Source of the DNA: Eledone cirrhosa
Taxonomy: Eukaryota
NCBI GenBank assembly: GCA_964016885.1
Contig: OZ024743.1
Location: forward strand, 160,394,001-160,458,000
Direction of reading: 5' to 3'
Length of the DNA stretch: 64,000 nt
Shown here: positions 12,879-25,087 of the stretch, piece after piece
Layout: the number at the start of each line of letters is the position of its first letter
Numbering within the stretch: the first letter of the stretch is position 1
Program-made: the position numbers and the translations under genes
The notes under the pieces: generated by a model
Databases searched by the model: none
What the model saw: the letters and a program-made list of their open reading frames with translations, nothing else
What the model was told of the DNA's origin: nothing

Positions 12879-13435
12879 TTAAGTACAACATCCATCTTGT
12901 CTTTTGAGCCATATGTAGTAACTCGCTTTCTCAACTACCTCCGATAATGTCCTTGAAAAGTGTTTTCTTTCCTTAGCCTCCCGTCCAATGCCACTGATTA
13001 GCGAGTCAACTATGGCTCCAAAAAAGGCTCTGACTACTATCTCTACAGGGAAACATGATACCTCCCATTCACTGGTTTCACAGAGTTCAAATAGCTCCCC
13101 GTATTTCCTGGCCGACTTGTTGAATGCATCAGTCATATTTGCCTCAAGAGACAGTAATCTCAACTATTTTTACCACAAGTGGAAGCTGAGTCTCTTGGTA
13201 GTAAAAAGGAGAATGTGATATTTGTCATCTAGGTCATCCCAGCTACCCCCACTCCAATTTGGGTCACTCTTCTTTATTTTAGTGGCTGACTTGCAGTGTT
13301 TTCCTTATTTATAAAACTTCATCCTGCTCCTCTCCACTATTTGTGATTTCTCGCTGCTGTTCATCCACTTACCCCCTCATCTACCGTATCAGCCAGTACT
13401 CTAAGCAATTGGTTATGCCACCATGTGTAACTGTT
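12879..13435 (-). mobile_element. HERO/NeSL-like RLE non-LTR retrotransposon 3' remnant
   Basis: YTWWHNQLLRVLA near 13400 and EANMTDAFNKSARKYGELFELCE..WEVSCFPVE..RAF...EKASYYIWLKR, a restriction-like endonuclease C-terminus. Confidence 0.75.
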
Positions 13436-13480
13436 CTTCATGCATAATCAGCAATTGGGCTGTGTGTGTGTGTCTATGTG

Positions 13481-13648
13481 TTTGTAATTTGAAATAGAAG
13501 CTTCCGCCGTATTTTTTACTAAAGAAATTTTAGCCATGTATGTCAATACTCAATTTTTTCTATTTCTTACCGGGTACTAAACCCCACTATCATGCTAAAA
13601 TTTCTTTAGTCAAAAATGCAGCGAAGGCTTCTATACCTAATTTCAAAC
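13481..13648. repeat. ~165-bp element with ~55-bp imperfect terminal inverted repeats (MITE-like)
   Basis: TAGAAGCTTC...CTAAAGAAATTTTAGC vs GCTAAAATTTCTTTAG...GAAGGCTTCTA. Confidence 0.55.
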
Positions 13649-13999
13649 CCGCTCGCTGTTTCAAAACAAACTTAATAATGATGTAATGCATTAAACCTCA
13701 ACATATAATTTCGCACGTTGCAACAACTCCACGTACAACAGGTTTTTATATTTAATTGCATACATTACACAGAGTGTTTCATATAGGATCTATTCTTATT
13801 ACGTTTTGAATTTGGTAAACTTTGTTTCTCATCACATTTCATAAAGAGAAGCAGCAAATATATTATGTATAATATTAATAATTACCAATTAATTATTTCC
13901 AATTTTTCACATATGCATATGCTATTGTAACCATATTGAGACATGTAGAAATTAAGAAATGGATCGATGTTGTCAACCTTGGTCTTTTGTCATTTTGAA

Positions 14000-14000
<1 letters not shown>

Positions 14001-14057
<57 letters not shown>

Positions 14058-14085
14058 ACTCTTTCTCTCTCTCTCTATCTATCTA

Positions 14086-14118
<33 letters not shown>

Positions 14119-14383
14119 GTGTCTGTGTGCGCGCGTGTGTGTGTGTGCGCGCGCGCACGAGAATCTATATATGTTTCCGTAAATATGTATGCATATGTAT
14201 ACATGAATAGAAAGCTAAATAGCAAAACTATTTTGAATAGCTAATTCGATTGTAACCTCCATGTTCTTTTCCCTCTACTACTCACTTTATTTCCCTTTCT
14301 TCTAATTGTCTCTCTCCCTCATACACATACATGCACATACATACACATACATACACATATACACGCACAAGCATGCATACTCC

Positions 14384-14466
<83 letters not shown>
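14001..14466. repeat. Microsatellites (ATCT)n, (CT)n, (TA)n and (CA)n
   Basis: Direct reading. Confidence 0.95.
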
Positions 14467-14468
<2 letters not shown>

Positions 14469-14675
14469 AGAGTGAGAGATATCATCCTTTTCCTTTGCAC
14501 GTTGTTTTGTATTGTAGTTTCTCACTTCATCTTCGGAGTATCGATTTAATTAATGATTCGGTTCTTACATTAGCTACTGATTAGAGTATGGATTTCAAAG
14601 AATACTGTCTTTGATGATTGGACCTGTTTTATAATTTTATTAAATTATTGCCACATATGAAGCAACGTCATTTGA

Positions 14676-14855
14676 GGGCGGTGGATTGGCAGTATCGGTA
14701 GAAAGCCGGACACCATGCTTCCCGGCAGAGTTAGGTCCCTTTTCGTTCTGAGAGCAAATTCCACCGAGATTATCTTTGCCTTTCATACTTACGGGGTCGA
14801 CAAACTAAAGTACCATTCACGCACTGGGGTCGATTTAATCGACTTCCCCCTTTCT
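14676..14855 (+). mobile_element. tRNA-derived SINE, long-tail variant, 3' truncated
   Basis: Same head and core as the main family plus CTGGGGTCGATTTAATCGACTTCCCC. Confidence 0.85.
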
Positions 14856-15010
14856 CAAATGTATACAAAGGACATTAATCATTATTGTAAGGTATATATA
14901 TTTGAAGTTTTCGTTAAATTTTAATTTGTTACCTATGTAACTATGTGTATTTACACTCTTTACAAATTATCCCCTGTGATTGTTTGATGTGTTTATTTTA
15001 TATATATAAA

Positions 15011-15201
15011 GGGCGGTGGATTGGCAGTATCGGTAGAGGGTCGGACGCCATGCTTTCCAGCATAGTTACGTCCCTTTACGATCTGAGTTCAAATCCCGCC
15101 GAGGTTGACTTTGCCTTTCATCCTTACGGAGTCGATAAAATAAAGTACCAGTAATGCACTGGGTAATTGCTGGCCTTGTGCCTAAAGTAGAAACAATTAT
15201 T
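15011..15201 (+). mobile_element. tRNA-derived SINE, full length
   Basis: GGGCGGTGGATTGGCAGTATCGG...GAGTTCAAATCCC...GGCCTTGTGCCTAAAGTAGAAACAATTATT. Confidence 0.92.
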
Positions 15202-16709
15202 CTTAATATATATATACACACAGAAATATCCACGGTTAGTTGTGGGGTCTAGTCTGCATGAAGAACTCAATGTAATCCATATGTTGAAAATGTTGTAGGT
15301 TAAAATAAATCCTGGAAAACAATAAAACATCAAAAGGAAAACAGAGTCATGATATAAGTTAAAACAATGAAATAAAAATTCATGTCATTAGAAATATACT
15401 TCACTGCTTTACGATCGTTTCTAGGTGATAATAATACATTGTACGCATATTTCGTTATCGAGCTGTGTAGGGTTAGTTACAAAATATCAAATAAGGAATA
15501 TATTTACCTACATGTATATCATCAGCCGTTGTCAAAAGCAATGATAATTTTATTCAAAATCAATAGTAAATTGAGTTCTATGACCTAATTTGGAGGTAGC
15601 CGAAGAACAAACCAATCAAATGGTTTTTTGCCATATGATGTTAAGATGAAATATAACTCACTTTAGTTGAGGTCATGGCCCTTTGAAAGGAATGGTTGAA
15701 TGGTGTTGAAAATAGAATTACTATAAAGAAACTATGAAGAAAAAGGAATTGTTATATTGATAGTGGAATGTAGATGGTGGAGTGAAGTTTAAAAAGGAAT
15801 GTAAAAATTAAATGTTGAGTTGTGTTGTATGGAATTTTTAGGTGAATATAAATAAGTAAATATAAAATATACAGAGATAACTAGGATAAATATAGATAGG
15901 TAATGTAATGGTCATAACTAGGAAGGATAGTATATTAAAAGATCAAAATTATGATAAGATAATAAGATATAATAATATAATAATATAACATAATTGTTTC
16001 TACTTTAGGCACAAGGCCAGCAATTACCCAGTTCATTACTGGTACTTTATTTTATAATAATATAACATAATGTAATATAATATACTACAGTATGGTACAT
16101 TGTATATAGTATAATATAGCGTATGATGCATCATAAAATATAAAATAGTGAATATTTTCAAGTGGGTCTATGTATAAGTAATCAAACTCAGATAAATGCA
16201 TGTTGACATATAGTCAAAACGCATAATTTTCTTAGATCACAAAAGTACATATATTCACATATATAGATAGAGGTATAATTACATTGATACTCCATTAAAT
16301 ACATACATAGGCATACATAAATATAAACATATACAAACACATACATACATGCACACAAACATATATATATATATATATATATATACACTTATACATACAT
16401 ATATAGATGTACACACACATACATCTACATACACATAATCACACACATACACATATACACACATATATATATATACATATATATATATATTCTCTTATCA
16501 TACATGCATACATAAATACATGTATACCCATGCAATTACAGGTGGTTATATACCTTGATGCCCTTAGTCAGTAACGCATGAATCTATGGAAGATAAAAAA
16601 TAAAAATGTTAAAAATAAAAAAATAAACAGGAAGGCGTATAATTAGGGGAAGCCGATACTAACAAATGGTACGTCACATAGAACTATAGTGAGTTGCTAT
16701 TTAGAATGT

Positions 16710-18380
16710 TTAATTAGGTTTATAGTACTTAAATGTTTTTCGTATACGGGGATTACAAGCTATAATCAGTTCCTGTCTTTTATTCAATAAATCATCCTTA
16801 GATTTAGTAATTTCCAAGATCTCCCCGGAACATAATCTGCATTCCCTCCTGTTCCCAAGATATGGAGTTCTTTGCAGAATGGTATTCCACGACAGCTTGA
16901 AATCTATTTTTTTCTTTTCATAGTTATTTACTGCTTCAGCTAAAGATGTGGTGTTAGCTAGTTTAGTATTGTTAAAGCTACTGGAGTGTGCGTAATATCT
17001 TTTCTTAAATGTGTTCGATGTAGATCCTATATATGGTTTGTTGGAGTCAGTAGTAGACACAGTGCATTTATATATTACATTATTAATCAAACAGTTGCCA
17101 TTTAAGGGCAAACGCTTCTATTTCTGCAATTACAACCATACGTAAGATGGTTGTTGGGGGTACCTACATAATTCTCATTAATCCTTGAGTTATTCTTATT
17201 GTAATTAATGTTAGAGAGAGAATGGGTGCTGCTTTGAGGGTGATTTAGTGCTGGGGTTGTATTGTGATTTTGTGTTATGTTGTTTTTGTGTTGGTACCAT
17301 TGTGTTACGTATGGTTGTAATTGCAGAAATAGAAGCGTTTGCCCTTAAATGGCAACTGTTTGATTAATAATGTAATATATAAATGCACTGTGTCTACTAC
17401 TGACTCCAACAAACCATATATAGGATCTACATCGAACATATTTAAGAAAAGATATTACGCACACTCCAGTAGCTTTAACAATACTAAACTAGCTAACACC
17501 ACATCTTTAGCTGAAGCAGTAAATAACTATAAAAAAAAAAAAATAGATTTCAAGTTGTCGTGGAATACCATTCTGCAAAGAACTCCATTGGGTGGTTGTG
17601 TTTTCCGGGTTGAAGGATTGTATTATTTGTCCTTTTAAAAGGTGCAGTCCTATTTAAATTATGTTGTGGCGGTGTGGTCATATTTTTAAATTTATAAATG
17701 TTGTAGTTGCATAGTTTTTGCTGGAGATTGTTTGATGTAGAGTATGAGAATTTAACAGTATACCTGTTAAATATTTGGTGGTATCTGTGGTTTGGTGGAA
17801 AATGTTTATGTAGAATTTCGAAGAATTTTGGGGGGATTTGTCCAATAGTTTGCAGGTTGAAGGGTCCGTTGTACCATGTTATGTTTCTTTTGCGGTTTTT
17901 AGTTCAGTTCTTATTACCACTTATATTAATGTGCTGTGTTCTAGAAGAGTTCTTCTGGTTAGTATTTGTATTTGTGGAATTTGGTAAATTGCAGTGGTTG
18001 TATTTGGTGTTATTATTGGGTAGATTATGAGAGGTTGAATGTTTGGTAGTCATATGTGAGTTGTTAACATTGGTCATAGATTGTGTAGTAATAGTTGTTG
18101 TGGTTTTTCGGTTGTTTGGTGTGATAGGAATGACCCATTAGGCATTTGTTTCGATGGTATTTTTTTTTGGTGTTTGTAGTTTTTGCTAGGTTTTGTAGTA
18201 TGGTCCATAGTTGTGTTGGGATGTATGAATTTTTTTCTTTATATCCACTTCTAGTTAGGGCTTCGTTGTAGAAGGGTGCATTTTTATAAAATATATCCTC
18301 ATTGGAAGATAATTTAGAAAGTCTAAGATATATGTTATATACTAAGTTGTTGAGTATAGAGCCAGGGTGGTTACTCTAAC
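16710..18380 (-). mobile_element. Hydra-clade-like PLE 3' half (RT thumb, linker, GIY-YIG) with an internal inverted duplication of the endonuclease (17303-17588, + strand)
   Basis: RKRNITWYNGPFN, HKHFPPNHRYHQIFNRYTVKFSYS, and PLNGNCLINNVIY...YIGSTSNTFKKRYYAH...CRLCSGE...LLNKRQE. ORF 17339(+) duplicates ORF 16710(-). Confidence 0.9.
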
Positions 18381-18929
18381 TAACTTAAAACACTCAATAT
18401 AAACATTAACTAAAATTTAATTCAACATATGTCATGGAAAAGTCTGCAAAAACTCTATGTTTCTCAACACACATTAATTCGAACACTATAAACATTCAAC
18501 ATCCACCATAGACTCTAATACATTAACATATTTGCTTCAACTGCAGTATTTATTCATCCATATATGCATAATAGCTTTGCTTGTCTCCTTCTCATGTATA
18601 TGATTTACGCAGTCACACTATCCATACGCCTGCATTTGTTTTGTTATCGCACTCTTCCTTTCTCAAAACTGCTTCCTCAATGCCTCTTTAATATTTGGAC
18701 TATTCCCTTGTTTTAACTGTTGCATGTATTCCACTCCATGCTTTTGATTTTAATTTTAATTTTGATTTGAATTTGAACTTGAATGTTTGTACAATTATTG
18801 TACAATTCTCGTAAAATATATGTCACATCCATTCCACCCTGTAAATACGAAACTGTTGCTCAAAACATCAATTTATATGTATCTATATTATTGTTCAGTT
18901 GAATAGGAGGATAATTATATGTGCAAACA

Positions 18930-18969
18930 TTGATAATGGCCGATGAGAAACGATTGTCAGCTATTAAAT
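18930..18969 (+). ncRNA. Decayed hammerhead motif lacking stem II
   Basis: CCGATGA directly followed by GAAACGATTGTC, with partial stem I. Likely inactive. Confidence 0.4.
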
Positions 18970-19218
18970 GATTTGAACACAACTTTGATAATTGTATAAT
19001 TTATTTATTATCTGAATATATGTACTTTTGTGATCTAAGAAAATTATGCGTTTTGACTATATGTCAACATGCATTTATCTGAGTTTGGTTACTTATACAT
19101 AGACCAACCTGAAAATATTCACTATTTTATATTTTATGACGCATCATACGCTATATTATACTATATACAATGTACCATACTGTACTATATTATATTACAT
19201 TATATTATAGTATTATTA

Positions 19219-19410
19219 GGGCGGTGAATTGGCAGTATCGGTAGAGGTTCGGATTATGCTTTCCAGCATAGTTACGTCCCTTTACGATCTGAGTTCAATT
19301 CCCTCCGAGGTTAACTTTGCCTTTCATCCTTACGGGGTCGATAAAATAAAATACCAGTAATGTACTGGACAAATTGCTGGCCTTGTGCCAAAAAGCAAAA
19401 ATAATTATTA
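19219..19410 (+). mobile_element. tRNA-derived SINE, full length
   Basis: Same A/B boxes, core and tail as 15011. Confidence 0.9.
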
Positions 19411-20004
19411 TATTTTATTATCTTATTATAATTTTCATATTTTAATATACTATCCATCCTAGTTATGACCATTACATTACCTATCTATATTTATCCTAGT
19501 TATTTCTGTATATTTTATATTTACTAATTTATATTCACCTAAACATTCCATACAACACAACTCAACATTTAATTTTTACATTCCTTTTTTAACTTCACTC
19601 CACCATCTACATTCCACTATCAATATAACAATTCCTTTTTCTTCATAGTTTCTTTATAGTAATTCTATTTTCAACACCATTCAACCATTCCTTTCAAAGG
19701 GTCATGACCTCATCATATGGCAAAAAAACATTTGATTGGTTTGTTCTTCAGCTACCTGCAAATAAGGTCATAGAAATCAATTTACTATTGATTTTGAATA
19801 AAATTTTCATTGCCTTTGACAACGGTTGATGATATACATGTAGGTAAATATATTCCTTATTTGATATTTTGTAACTAACCCTACACAGCTCGATAACGAA
19901 ATATGCGTACGATGTATTATTATCACCTAGAAACGATCGTAAAGCAGTGAAGTATATTTCTAATGATTTCAATTTTTTATTTCCTTGTTTTAACTTATAT
20001 ATAT

Positions 20005-20447
20005 ATATATACATACATGCACACATATATATATATGTACGTATGGGTTTACCGAACATTTATTATAATGTTCGGTGTGTTTGTAAATAAACAGCCCGAA
20101 TTATTAGCCGTACAATGTTCAGCAACTATCGCTGCCCTAGTTTTTCAACACTGACAAAGGAACGATGAACTAGTTTCTAGCTTATTAGCTGTCATCAGCA
20201 CTGTATACTTTCCTGTCAGTTGATTGAACGTTTGAAACTATATACTTTCCTTATGCATAATTAATGTGTTCGGCAACCATCGCTGCCCTATTTGTTCAAC
20301 ACGGACAAAGGAACGATATATATGTGTGCATGTATGTATGTATATAGATAGTACTGTGCGTCTTTATTCATATATGTATGTACCTGTACATACTTACATT
20401 TAAGTATCTGCCGTACTAAGTGTGAGAAATGAAATTTCATTTTTTCC
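20005..20447 (-). mobile_element. Diverged copy of hammerhead-bearing non-coding family A (HHR 20162-20204)
   Basis: Minus strand reads CAGTG CTGATGA CAGCT aata AGCTA GAAA CTAG TT CATCG. Flanks match 25090-25415. Confidence 0.8.
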
Positions 20448-20477
20448 ATATATATATATATATAAATATATATATAT

Positions 20478-21183
20478 ATTGTTATACTTTGGGAGGGTCA
20501 TGTTGCCAATAAGAAACACACGCACCAGTTGCTTTCATTTCAATTTATTATATATTTATAAATTTATAAATTTACAAATCTACAAACTTATAAATTTCTG
20601 GTTGGTTGGTTGGTTCCACAACCAGATAGTTGTTTATATATATAGTCATAGTCCTTTCGTCACACACTCTGTGACCTCTTCATGTGACCTCTTCATGTGA
20701 CCAACATGCTAAGATAGAACACAGGGGTAGATTAGAGAGCATAGAAATAAAAATAGAATCTACACACAGAAAAGACGCAATGTTTAGGCAAATTACAGAG
20801 GCAGCAAGCATAAAAGAATTAAAACCAAAATTAAAAATTAAAAATTAAATAGAAAATATGAGTGGAACAGCAACATCACAACTTACAATTAAGGACAAAA
20901 TGAAAACACACACACACATAGAACAAACAACTTACGATTGAAAACACACACAAAATCAAAACACACACACACATAGAACAAATAACCAACCAACCAACAA
21001 TAAATAAATAAATAAATAAACAAATAGAAAAATAGAAATAGAAAAATAGAAAAATGAACACAAACACACACAGACACCCGGATGTGGCGCATGCGCAAAC
21101 TGAGCACACAACACACACAAACAAAATGGCGTAGGATAGAAGAAAGGAAAGGCACAGAAACGAAGAAAGGAATCCCCAGTCAC
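20478..21183. mobile_element. PLE 3'-end family E fragments in both orientations (decayed HHR ~20645-20690, minus)
   Basis: Similar to 31029-31535 and to the terminus of the PLE at 8049 (GTTATACTT.GG.A.GGTCAT). Confidence 0.7.
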
Positions 21184-21234
21184 AAGAGAGAGAAGAGAGG
21201 GAGAGGGAGAGAGAGAGAGAACGTTTATTATTAC

Positions 21235-21298
21235 ATAAAGTACCAGCAATGTACTGGGTAATTGCTGGCCTTGTGCCAAAAAAGTAGAAACAATTATT
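21235..21298 (+). mobile_element. 5'-truncated SINE 3' end
   Basis: ATAAAGTACCAG...GGCCTTGTGCCAAAAAAGTAGAAACAATTATT. Confidence 0.85.
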
Positions 21299-21493
21299 AC
21301 ATTTCATACGAAACGACAATTACATTTATTCAACAACAAGGGATAAATCTTTTTTAAAACCTCTAAACGAACGTGGATTCTTACAGACTTTGAGTCGAAT
21401 CGGTTTGAAATTGTGCAAATGTATAAACATGGAACATGTGCACACACACGACAACAACAACAATCTGCCTTTTATAGATAATGATAAACAATA

Positions 21494-21768
21494 ATATCCT
21501 CTATGAGGTCACTAAACCTGCTAGAAACAGCAGCTAACTCTCCCCCATATCACACCCCTCCCTACTGTCTTACATTTAGAAAACATATCTTCTATGAGGT
21601 CACTTAAACTCTAGAAACAGCAGCTAACCCTCCCCCATATCACACCACTCCCTACTGTCTTAAATTTAGAAAACGCATATCCTCTATGAGGTTACTAAAC
21701 CTGCGAGAAACAGCAGCTAACTCTCCCTCATATCACAACCCTCCCTACTGTCTTAAATTTAGAAAACA
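21494..21768 (+). repeat. Three tandem copies of a 91-92-bp unit
   Basis: ATATCCTCTATGAGGTCACTAAACCTGCTAGAAACAGCAGCTAAC begins at ~21494, 21585 and 21677. Confidence 0.92.
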
Positions 21769-22028
21769 CACAGACAACCATGCAGAACAACTCCATCGCA
21801 GCTCTGTTGTTTGGCTGGCATCGTCTACGCGCGTGTTGCGCAAGTACTGTGAAACAATAAATTTCAACACTTTTTTGTACAGAGATAATATCCATAGGCG
21901 AAACTACAATTGTCACTGCTGGCGCAGCTCATGCTTCCAGGTCTGCAATTCATTCACCCAGTGCCTGGCAGACAAAAAAGTGGTGCCATAAAATGGGTGG
22001 TGCAACCTACCTTTGGTAACTTAATGAC

Positions 22029-22056
22029 CCCGAGCAACGCCGGGCTTTAATGCTAG
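22029..22056 (+). mobile_element. Helitron-type 3' terminus (hairpin + CTAG)
   Basis: CCCGAGCAACGCCGGG hairpin, 8 nt, then CTAG|T. Resembles the terminus at 32213-32242. The 5' end was not located. Confidence 0.6.
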
Positions 22057-22057
22057 T

Positions 22058-22389
<332 letters not shown>

Positions 22390-22390
<1 letters not shown>

Positions 22391-23366
22391 TTATTAAAAT
22401 AACAGATTAATGTTTAAGCAAAGAATCGCTGCTTTTTATATATTCTGGTACATACGGTTTGGCTATGTGTATACGGGAGTTTTGCGTCTGTGTGAGTATG
22501 TAGGTTCGTACGTATGTAGGGTGTGTGTATATGTGTACTTCATGTTTTGGTTGACTTACGTCTCTGAACATTCGTGTATTTACATGTAGGTATGTGTGTG
22601 TGATTGTTATATACGTATTTATTTATTTATATACGTTTATATAATTATTTATTTATTTGTATACACGCATACACACACACACATTTATATGTGCGTGGTT
22701 TTGTATACCTATGGTAAGTGTTTTGCGTATGCCTGTGTATGTACGTATTTGTTTGCGTGTATGTATTTATTTATTTCTATTACTTCTGTATTGTATTTAT
22801 TTACTTTGTTCTTAACTCTGTAGCGGAGATTCATTCGGTCTCCTAGTTAGAATTTTAGTCTACGACTTCTGCTATACCATTTACGTGGTTTTGTCTTTGC
22901 GTGCTATTGTTCTCCATGCTCCACATATGACGTATTATCTTAGTTTTTTTCGTTCATTGCCAGAGAACGTCTCTATGAACCACTTAAGAGAACATTAGTC
23001 TACGACCTCTTTTATACAATAAACGTGGTTCTGTCTTTGCGCGTAATTGTTTTTCACCGCTCCTATTAATGACGTATTATATTCGTTTTTTCCCGTTCTT
23101 TGCCAGCGAACGTTTCCACGAAGCAAAGTATCGTCTTCCTGTCTTCCTCCGGTTGCAACGTTTTTTGAAATATCCACTTCTGCGTTTACAGATTGACTTT
23201 GTTAGTTTCAGAAGATCCCGTTAAGGGTGAAAGCAGCGATTATTTGCTTAAACTTTAATCTGTTATTTGAATAAATATTTGCTCTACGGTTCTTATATAT
23301 TTGATAAATATTTATCCTTATCGAGCCCTCTTTGGATTTTGGTCTTCAAATTTATTATTATTACTA
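22390..23366 (+). mobile_element. PLE 3'-end family B (5'-truncated, short inverted 5' cap 22390-22436)
   Basis: Reverse complement of 32903-33815. The cap is an inverted copy of 23229-23278. Confidence 0.85.
23202..23258 (+). ncRNA. Type I hammerhead motif with variant core CAGAAGA (family B)
   Basis: Stem I AGTTT/AAACT, core CAGAAGA, stem II CCC-gttaa-GGG, GAA, stem III AGCAG/TTGCT, CUU triplet. Confidence 0.65.
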
Positions 23367-23373
23367 TATATAT

Positions 23374-23757
23374 AAATTAATACAAATAATGAATAAAAAC
23401 AAAGAAACAGTTCCTTATATTAAAAAATTCATCATTTTACGATCGTTTCTAGGATATATATGTTTGTGTTGATATGTATATCATATAGATCTATGTAAAA
23501 TGTTTACAAACTATCACAGGGAATATACATACCTAGACATATATATGCTGTCTTCAAAAATAATTATTATTTCTGAAGACAGCATATATATGTGTAGGCA
23601 TGTATATTCCCTCTGACAGTTTGTAAAAATTTTACATAGATCTATATGATATACATACCAACACAAACATATATATCCTAGAAACGATCGTAAAATGATG
23701 AATTTTTAATATAAGGAACTGTTTCTTTGTTTTTATTCATTATTTTTATTAATTTAT
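23374..23757. repeat. ~380-bp near-perfect palindrome containing a long-stem-II hammerhead (23563-23702, + strand)
   Basis: Arms of ~185 bp around 23563. CTGAAGA (23573) and GAAA CGATCG TA (23681-23692), with stem I TTATTATTT/AAATGATGA. Confidence 0.88.
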
Positions 23758-23886
23758 CTTGACTCTGTTTTCCTGTATTTTTCATCGGAAAAAATTTTTG
23801 AATACATCTTCTCTTTTCATGATATTCGGATTACATTGAGTTCTTCATACGTATTGGACACTACCGTACATTTTGGTAGATTTATC

Positions 23887-24286
<400 letters not shown>

Positions 24287-24499
24287 AGGAAGTTATAGTT
24301 CACTCGAAGCATTGTGTAATGAGGTATAAACGTTTGTATATGTATAATAAAGCGAAAACAATGCAGGTATGGACATAGAATAAAGAATGCAAATGCAAAA
24401 TATAAATATAAATATATATATAAATATAAATATAAATATATATATATAGAATTCCCTTTTTCGGATTATAATACTGTGAGAGCCCTGGTTTTCGGCTGA

Positions 24500-24580
24500 G
24501 CTCTGCTGATGAATGAAATCCAACCGTGACCATCTCCACTGAAAGTTTTCATGAAATAGTCTTTTAAGACTATACAGAGC
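24500..24580 (+). ncRNA. Canonical type I hammerhead ribozyme motif with all three stems intact
   Basis: Stem I GCTCTG/CAGAGC, CTGATGA (24506), stem II ATGAAA/TTTCAT, GAA, stem III ATAGTCT-ttta-AGACTAT, AUA triplet with predicted cleavage after ~24574. Confidence 0.9.
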
Positions 24581-24830
24581 ATTTGATGTTATTCCAAATT
24601 GAAGGATAAGTGTTTTGAACTTTATTTTATCATGAGTTAAAGGTCTATTGATTTTTCCCTGGATTGCACTAAATTCCGTGGATGAATTTGTATCCTGATT
24701 CTCTTTTGAGATGAGTTTAAATTATTTTTCCTAAATCTTACGTTAACTACTTTTCCCATCTTGACGTTATAGTCGCATATATGTTATAGAATGCTCTTAG
24801 CTTCTCGCTAAAACAATCTCTATACCTCTC

Positions 24831-24909
<79 letters not shown>

Positions 24910-25009
24910 TATATATATATATAAATATATACATATATATATATATATAAATATATATATATATATGTATATATATTTATTTATATATATAAATATATAT
25001 ATATATATT

Positions 25010-25084
<75 letters not shown>

Positions 25085-25087
25085 TTA

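Larger units (their letters stand above)
15352..19998. repeat. ~0.9-kb inverted repeat arms (15352-16257 and 19013-19998) enclosing a PLE; each arm carries a decayed long-stem-II hammerhead (TTGACAA...GAAACGATCGTA)
   Basis: ORFs 15382(+) and 19748(-) give near-identical translations (SLEIYFTALRSFLGDNNT). The arms are collinear in reverse complement. Confidence 0.9.

Noticed and set aside
15011-15110. tRNA genes
   Set aside because: A and B boxes are present, but there is no cloverleaf and each copy continues into the same SINE body and tail.
16710-17638. Stand-alone GIY-YIG homing endonuclease or host gene pair
   Set aside because: Upstream PLE linker and RT-thumb remnants at 17650-18380 show it is a PLE fragment with a local inversion.
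21494-21768. CRISPR-like array
   Set aside because: Whole units repeat with no unique spacers, there are no cas genes, and the context is eukaryotic.
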